From: Gammaproteobacteria bacterium
GTDB taxonomy: Bacteria; Pseudomonadota; Gammaproteobacteria; UBA4575
Length of the DNA: 64,000 bases
Assembly: GCA_045106935.1 (NCBI GenBank)
Contig: JBGCFN010000018.1
Location: 22,820-86,819, forward strand
Reading direction: 5' to 3'
Part shown: positions 58,430 to 64,000 of the stretch, in pieces
Layout of the letters: each line of letters starts with the position of its first letter
Position numbering within the stretch: position 1 is the stretch's first letter
Made by a program: the position numbers and the translations under genes
Notes under the pieces: generated by a model
What the model was told of the DNA's origin: nothing
Seen by the model: the letters and a program-made list of their open reading frames with translations, nothing else
Databases searched by the model: none

Positions 58430-59008
58430 ATGAGCGCGATTGCTGATAAATGGGATAATATTTATTCTCAACAACAAAGCGAAGACGCAGTACCAAGCAC
58501 GGTACTTTACGAAAATGCTCATCTATTACCTAGCCATGGCGAAGGATTAGATCTAGCCTGCGGTATGGGAGGGAATGCAATTTTTTTAGCTTCAAAGAAA
58601 TTACAAGTGCAAGCGTGGGACGTCTCGACCACCGCATTAAACAAACTAAAACAATATTCGGAGTTAAGGAATTTAAGCATCAAAGTAAGTGAACGAGATG
58701 TAGAAAATAATCCACCAGACAAAAACATTTTTGATGTAGTGGCCGTGTCTCAGTTTTTACATAGAGCGACATTCAACAATTTATGTGACAGTTTGAAAAT
58801 AGGCGGTTTATTGTTTTATCAAACGTTTACATTAGAAAAGGCACAGCATATTGGTCCAAGTAATCCTAATTTCCTATTGGCTAAAAATGAACTCCTAAAT
58901 TTATGCAATGAGATGGAAGTGTTAGTCTATCGAGAGGAAGGTGTACAGGGAGATAGTCTAAAGGGCTGGCGAAATCAAGCGATGATTGTTGCTAAGCGAA
59001 TAAAATAA
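58430..59008 (+). CDS. Class I SAM-dependent methyltransferase (TehB-like)
   Basis: LDLACGMGGNA..LA, WDVS, FLHR, LKIGGLL. Confidence 0.8.
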   Translation: MSAIADKWDNIYSQQQSEDAVPSTVLYENAHLLPSHGEGLDLACGMGGNAIFLASKKLQVQAWDVSTTALNKLKQYSELRNLSIKVSERDVENNPPDKNIFDVVAVSQFLHRATFNNLCDSLKIGGLLFYQTFTLEKAQHIGPSNPNFLLAKNELLNLCNEMEVLVYREEGVQGDSLKGWRNQAMIVAKRIK

Positions 59009-59012
59009 ATAA

Positions 59013-59888
59013 TTAATAAGGATTATTGTCACCCGGGGCAGGTTTTTTAAATCTCTTATAGCCCCAAATGTACTGCTCAGGCACACGATTTATAAATTTT
59101 TCAATGCATTGATTCAATGCATCAGTCGCAGTTACAAGATCCTTGCTATATATCGCCTGCGGTGCATCATGGTAATAAGCGTCATACTTTAAAGAATTGT
59201 CCGTATTGCGTAAGGCATAACAAAATACAACGGGGCATTGGAGTTTGTTAGCTAGTTTGCAAACCAACGTACTTGTATACGTCTGCCTCCCATAAAATGA
59301 AGAATATATTCCTCCATTTCCTTCTGGCACCTGGTCAGGTAAAATGCCAACACTGCCACCATGCTTTATATGTTTAATTAAACGTTTTGCATTCAAATCA
59401 TGAGTACTAATGACCGTGCCCCCAGTACTGCTTCTTCCTTGGCAGGAAAGCATCTCTATATGTTTAGACTTGGGCGGCGCATACAAAATAAGTAAGTCAC
59501 TGTTGGCTGCGGTGAGCAATCCTATAAATTCCCAAGAACCAAAATGTGGTGTAACAAAAATAGTGCCCTGTTTATCTGAACGCTTTAATAAGTGATGATT
59601 GTTTATATTGCCTAGTAACGTATTTAATACAGAGTGTGGATGTTTCCATAACCAAAAGCACTCTATGAGTGTTTTACCATTTTCTTGTAATGTTTTTTTT
59701 AATAACTTCTGTTTGTCATGTGGGGATTTTTCTGCAAAGCAAATATCAATATTTACTCGGGCAATATGTTTGTTTCGATTATTAAAAACAAAAAGCAAAT
59801 TGCCTATAAGTTTTCCTAAAAAGTGATGAATGCTTAAAGGACAATACGACAACAATCCGAAGCTTAATTTTATGAGAAGATGTTTCAA
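59013..59888 (-). CDS. Lipid A late acyltransferase (LpxL/HtrB family)
   Basis: HFGSWE, ILPDQ.P, PEQYIWGYKRFK. Confidence 0.85.
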   Translation of the reverse strand: MKHLLIKLSFGLLSYCPLSIHHFLGKLIGNLLFVFNNRNKHIARVNIDICFAEKSPHDKQKLLKKTLQENGKTLIECFWLWKHPHSVLNTLLGNINNHHLLKRSDKQGTIFVTPHFGSWEFIGLLTAANSDLLILYAPPKSKHIEMLSCQGRSSTGGTVISTHDLNAKRLIKHIKHGGSVGILPDQVPEGNGGIYSSFYGRQTYTSTLVCKLANKLQCPVVFCYALRNTDNSLKYDAYYHDAPQAIYSKDLVTATDALNQCIEKFINRVPEQYIWGYKRFKKPAPGDNNPY

Positions 59889-59909
59889 AGTAAGAAGAGT
59901 AAAATGGTG

Positions 59910-60659
59910 TTAACTAACCGATTGGTCAGGAGTATTATCTTTGCTAATTAGAGGTTTCATGGCCGACAATAAACTTTTGTAAACACCAGGATTGTTTTTC
60001 TCTTCATTATTCAGCAGTTGCTTGAAATAATATCGTTGAGTTGGCATGTCAAAACATGCTGGACAATTTTCAAGGATGACAGGTAATTGTGAGTCCTCAG
60101 CAAATGCTTGGGTTTGTCTTTCACGCGCATAAACTAATGGGCGAATGACACGAAGATCCCCTGCATCTATGACATAATTTGCTTTCATTGTATTCAACTG
60201 TCCCCCATGAAATGCGGACATTAAAAAGCTTTCTGCTAGGTCATCTAAATGTTGTGCTAATGCAATTACATTATATTTTTCCTTTCTGGCTGTGCTGTAA
60301 ATAATACCGCGCTTCATGCGGGAACAGAAAGAACAAAAAGATTTGTTGTCCATATGTTTATCTGCTAACTCTAAAATTGGTTCAGATTGATAAAAATAAG
60401 GAACATCTAACGATTTCAGATATGGAATCAGAGGTGAGGGGTCGAAAGCATCAGATTGTGGATCTACTGTCACAACACCAATATCAAAAGAAATCGGTGC
60501 ATGTCTTTTTAAATGTAATAAAATATGCAGCAGGCTCAGCGAGTCTTTACCACCAGATAGACCAAGTAATACGCGGTCATTGTTTTGGATCATTTTATAA
60601 TCAGCAATGGCTTTGCCGCTTAGATGTAATAATGATTTAGGTGGTTTTATATATTGCAT
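59910..60659 (-). CDS. ttcA: tRNA 2-thiocytidine biosynthesis protein TtcA family
   Basis: PP-loop SGGKDS, CSFCSRMKRG, HLDD, IRPL, CPAC. Confidence 0.85.
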   Translation of the reverse strand: MQYIKPPKSLLHLSGKAIADYKMIQNNDRVLLGLSGGKDSLSLLHILLHLKRHAPISFDIGVVTVDPQSDAFDPSPLIPYLKSLDVPYFYQSEPILELADKHMDNKSFCSFCSRMKRGIIYSTARKEKYNVIALAQHLDDLAESFLMSAFHGGQLNTMKANYVIDAGDLRVIRPLVYARERQTQAFAEDSQLPVILENCPACFDMPTQRYYFKQLLNNEEKNNPGVYKSLLSAMKPLISKDNTPDQSVS

Positions 60660-60688
60660 GTGACTAACTCAAAAGCTGAATAATATAA

Positions 60689-61639
60689 ATGTTAACACTT
60701 TATCCAGAGATATCCTCTCGCAAAGAATTTTATCTGCCTGTCTCAGTTGGACATGAATTATGGGTGGCTGAGTATGGAAACCCGCAAGGTCTGCCTGCAG
60801 TGTTTCTGCATGGTGGCCCTGGTGCGGGTTGCGAAAATTATCACCCTAGGTTCTTTGACCCAGAAAAGTATCGCATTATTCTTTTTGATCAACGCGGCTC
60901 AGGGCGATCAAAACCGCATGCAAGCCTTGAGGATAATACGACTCAACACTTGATTGCGGATATCGAGAAAATCCGTACGGAATTGAAGATTGAAAAGTGG
61001 GTCGTGTTTGGTGGTTCTTGGGGTTCAACGCTGGGCTTGGCTTACGCCGAAGCTCATCCCGATAAGGTGCTTGGCTTAGTATTAAGGGGGATATTTTTAT
61101 GTCGACCAGAAGATATTGCGTGGTTCTACCAACAAGGGGCAAGTGCAATTTTCCCAGATTACTGGGAAAACTATCAATGCATAATTCCTGAAGAGGAACG
61201 CCAAGATATGGTATCTGCTTATTATCAGCGTCTGACGGGTGACGATAAGCAAGCACAACTAAACGCCGCTCGTGAATGGTCTATATGGGAAGGTAGAACT
61301 TCGACTTTGCACTCTAAACAGAGCGTAACAGATCATTTTGGAAGTGATGATGTGGCCTTGAGTTTGGCTAGGATTGAATGCCACTATTTCATGAATAATG
61401 CTTATTTAGCGCCAGATCAGTTATTACGTGATGCCCACTTACTGAGTGATATTCCTGGTTATATTGTTCACGGGCGTTATGATGTTGTGTGCCCTGTCCA
61501 GCAGGCCTACGCCTTACACCAAGCATGGCCAGAAGCCGATTACTATATTGCTCCAACGAGTGGTCATTCTGCGAGTGAGGCAGAGATAGTAGATGCATTG
61601 GTGTCAGCGACAAATGAATTAGCAAAGCGATACTCATGA
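60689..61639 (+). CDS. pip: Proline iminopeptidase
   Basis: LHGGPG, DQRGSGRS, GGSWGS, GRYDVVC, GHS. Confidence 0.95.
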   Translation: MLTLYPEISSRKEFYLPVSVGHELWVAEYGNPQGLPAVFLHGGPGAGCENYHPRFFDPEKYRIILFDQRGSGRSKPHASLEDNTTQHLIADIEKIRTELKIEKWVVFGGSWGSTLGLAYAEAHPDKVLGLVLRGIFLCRPEDIAWFYQQGASAIFPDYWENYQCIIPEEERQDMVSAYYQRLTGDDKQAQLNAAREWSIWEGRTSTLHSKQSVTDHFGSDDVALSLARIECHYFMNNAYLAPDQLLRDAHLLSDIPGYIVHGRYDVVCPVQQAYALHQAWPEADYYIAPTSGHSASEAEIVDALVSATNELAKRYS

Positions 61640-62073
61640 TCGCCTTAATACAGCGTGTTTCTGATGGCCAAGTAGTTATCAATAATGAAAAAGTGGCTAA
61701 CATCGATACAGGGATTGTGGCCTTATTGGCAGTGCAGTCTGGTGATACGACTGAAAAAAGTAAACGACTTATTGAGCGCATACTAAACTACCGAATATTT
61801 CCAGATAATGCTGATAAAATGAACCTTAGTCTGCTAGATATACACGGTGGCTTGATTCTGGTTCCACAATTCACCTTGGTGGCAGATACTCGTCGTGGAA
61901 ATCGGCCCAGTTTTGGCAAAAATGTTTCTGCAGAGGTTGGTAAACAATACTTTGAGCAGTTAATTATTCATGCAAAAAAAGAATATAATCGTGTACAGAA
62001 CGGCGTATTTGGTGCAGATATGCAAGTGACCTTAACTAACGATGGACCGGTCACCTTCTGGCTAGAAGTGTAA
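61636..62073 (+). CDS. dtd: D-aminoacyl-tRNA deacylase
   Basis: QRVS, PQFTL, G.RPSF, FGADMQV.L.NDGPVT. Confidence 0.95.
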   Translation: MIALIQRVSDGQVVINNEKVANIDTGIVALLAVQSGDTTEKSKRLIERILNYRIFPDNADKMNLSLLDIHGGLILVPQFTLVADTRRGNRPSFGKNVSAEVGKQYFEQLIIHAKKEYNRVQNGVFGADMQVTLTNDGPVTFWLEV

Positions 62074-62126
62074 ATTAGCACTACAATCAGACTCTAAATA
62101 TAACTCGATAACTACAATAGATCGTT

Positions 62127-62720
62127 ATGGCTTCACGCACTGCAAAAATTGAACGAAACACACTAGAAACCCAAATTTCCGTAGAGTTGGATATCGACGG
62201 AAGTGGCAAGGGAGAGCTTGATAGTGGTGTGCCTTTTCTTGACCATATGTTGGATCAAGTCGTCAGGCATGGTCAATTTGATATCAAACTTAAGGCCAAA
62301 GGTGATCTACATATTGATGCGCATCACACAGTAGAAGATGCGGGCATTACTTTAGGCCAGGCATTCAATAAAGCCATGGGTGATAAAAAAGGCGTGCGGC
62401 GTTATGGCCATGCTTATGTCCCTTTAGATGAAGCATTATCAAGGGTAGTGGTCGATTTTTCTGGACGCCCAGGACTTGAGTATCATGCAGACTATCCGCG
62501 TGCGCGAATTGGAGATTTTGATGTAGATTTAGTGATTGAATTTTTACAAGGGTTTGTTAATCACGCCCAAGTCACTATGCATGTCGACAATTTACGTGGT
62601 TGTAATGCACACCATATTGCGGAAACAATCTTCAAGGCATTAGGTCGAGCTTTGCGTGTTGCGTGTGAGATGGATCCACGCATGTCAGATCAATTACCTT
62701 CTACTAAGGGAGCTCTATAG
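62127..62720 (+). CDS. hisB: Imidazoleglycerol-phosphate dehydratase (monofunctional)
   Basis: [28 protein letters not shown]; no phosphatase domain. Confidence 0.97.
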   Translation: MASRTAKIERNTLETQISVELDIDGSGKGELDSGVPFLDHMLDQVVRHGQFDIKLKAKGDLHIDAHHTVEDAGITLGQAFNKAMGDKKGVRRYGHAYVPLDEALSRVVVDFSGRPGLEYHADYPRARIGDFDVDLVIEFLQGFVNHAQVTMHVDNLRGCNAHHIAETIFKALGRALRVACEMDPRMSDQLPSTKGAL

Positions 62721-62777
62721 CGCGCCAAATCGATTGAAAATATATTTGTTTTTCGATTTCACCGTTATCATTACACC

Positions 62778-63422
62778 ATGGAAAAAGTAGCCATCGTCGA
62801 TTATGGAATGAGTAATCTACATTCTGTATTTAGTGCGCTGACAAAAGTATCGGATAATAAATTCGACATACAAATTACTAGAGACCCAACTGTTATCAGT
62901 AACAGTGAGCGAGTCGTTTTTCCTGGACAAGGAGCTGCAGCCGATTGTATGCGTCAAATCGACCAATACAATCTTCGTGATGCTATTCAGAAAGCCGCGT
63001 CAGAAAAGCCATTTTTGGGCATATGCATGGGAATGCAAGTGTTGCTAGAGCGTAGTCAAGAAAATGCTGGGACTGAGTGTTTAGGTTTATTGAAAGGATC
63101 AGTGAAGGCATTCTCTGAGGCATTTAAAGAGACAGATGTTATCACCCATAAAATTCCTCATATGGGCTGGAATACAATTGATCAAAAATTTGATCATCCT
63201 GTATGGAGCGGTATTGCTCAAGATAGCTACTTTTACTTTGTACATAGCTATTATGTGAGTCTTGCAGAGACTGAGCAGTCTGCAGGAATGACCGATTATG
63301 GAATTGAATTTTCATCAGCACTTGCAGATGGTAAAGTATTTGCTATGCAATGCCACCCTGAAAAAAGTGCTGATAATGGCTTACAATTATTAACCAACTT
63401 CCTAACCTGGAACGGCAATTAA
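62778..63422 (+). CDS. hisH: Imidazole glycerol phosphate synthase glutaminase subunit
   Basis: DYGMSNL.S, PGQG, GICMGMQ, PHMGWN, YFVHSY, HPEKS. Confidence 0.96.
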   Translation: MEKVAIVDYGMSNLHSVFSALTKVSDNKFDIQITRDPTVISNSERVVFPGQGAAADCMRQIDQYNLRDAIQKAASEKPFLGICMGMQVLLERSQENAGTECLGLLKGSVKAFSEAFKETDVITHKIPHMGWNTIDQKFDHPVWSGIAQDSYFYFVHSYYVSLAETEQSAGMTDYGIEFSSALADGKVFAMQCHPEKSADNGLQLLTNFLTWNGN

Positions 63423-63440
63423 ACAGAGCTAATTACTGAC

Positions 63441-64000
63441 ATGATTATTATTCCTGCAATAGATATTAAAGAAGGTCGCTGTGTACGTTTACGCCAAGGC
63501 CGAATGGATGATGAAACAATATTTGATGAGGACCCTGTTGCTGTCGCTGAACGATGGATTGAAGCAGGTGCACAAAGATTACATTTAGTTGATTTAGATG
63601 GTGCTGTCAGTGGCGCACCACGTAACTTCGATATTATAAAATCTATTACCTCAAATCACCCTGATATACCGATTCAAGTTGGTGGGGGTATACGTGATGA
63701 AGATACGGTTCAAGAGTATTTAGAAGCGGGTGTGCAGTATGTAATTATTGGCACTCGCGCTGTCACCGCTCCACACTTTGTTAATGACTTATGTCTAGAA
63801 TTTCCTGGGCACGTCATTGTCGGCTTAGATGCCAAAAATGGTAAAGTCGCCATCGATGGCTGGTCAAAATTATCGCATCATGATGTCGTTGACCTAGCGC
63901 AACATTTTGAAGCAGATGGCGTCGCCTCGATAGTTTTTACAGATGTAAGCCGTGATGGAATGATGCAAGGATTAAATGTTGAGTCCACTGTTGAATTAGC
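63441..64000 (+). CDS. hisA: ProFAR isomerase (3' end runs off the window)
   Basis: Not in the ORF track. ATG 63441 gives [20 protein letters not shown]…LHLVDLDGA…IQVGGGIR. Confidence 0.96.
   Translation, partial: MIIIPAIDIKEGRCVRLRQGRMDDETIFDEDPVAVAERWIEAGAQRLHLVDLDGAVSGAPRNFDIIKSITSNHPDIPIQVGGGIRDEDTVQEYLEAGVQYVIIGTRAVTAPHFVNDLCLEFPGHVIVGLDAKNGKVAIDGWSKLSHHDVVDLAQHFEADGVASIVFTDVSRDGMMQGLNVESTVEL

Noticed and set aside
62727-62759. AAATCGA…TCGATTT inverted repeat between hisB and hisH
   Set aside because: AT-rich, imperfect and with a long loop; not distinguishable from chance.

Overview
This is the chromosomal replication-origin region of a low-GC, compact, non-enteric gammaproteobacterium (taxonomy inferred from gene content and order). 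Left arm, all on the minus strand: glmS (partial), glmU, atpIBEFHAGDC, parAB, rsmG, mnmG, mnmE, yidC, yidD, rnpA, rpmH. Next come dnaA, a DnaA-box/AT-rich oriC candidate, dnaN, recF (with two embedded parS sites) and gyrB. A small envelope/repair block follows: SH3 protein, ExoIII, orphan ParA, L,D-transpeptidase, DUF4197-like protein, AmpG and a second Crc-like ExoIII. The rest is housekeeping: pyrE, argB-algC-dut-coaBC, radC, bioFB, comF, ubiA, aroE-hemB-hemF-tsaC-topA-smg-dprA-LysM, def-fmt-DUF4390-ntrY/ntrX-like-trkAH, lpxL, ttcA, pip, dtd and hisBHA. I saw no tRNA, rRNA, CRISPR array, IS, integrase or defence island, and I cannot support a clearly new multi-gene system. The best leads are non-coding or subtle: a strand-specific 17-bp RNA hairpin covering the dprA ribosome-binding region, a parS site abutting the putative gyrB promoter, a half-parS on the rsmG-parAB start, a 22-bp tandem repeat where rsmB is normally found, an orphan ParA beside cell-wall genes, and a catalytically intact Crc-like nuclease. 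All assignments come from motif recognition by eye; no database searches were run.
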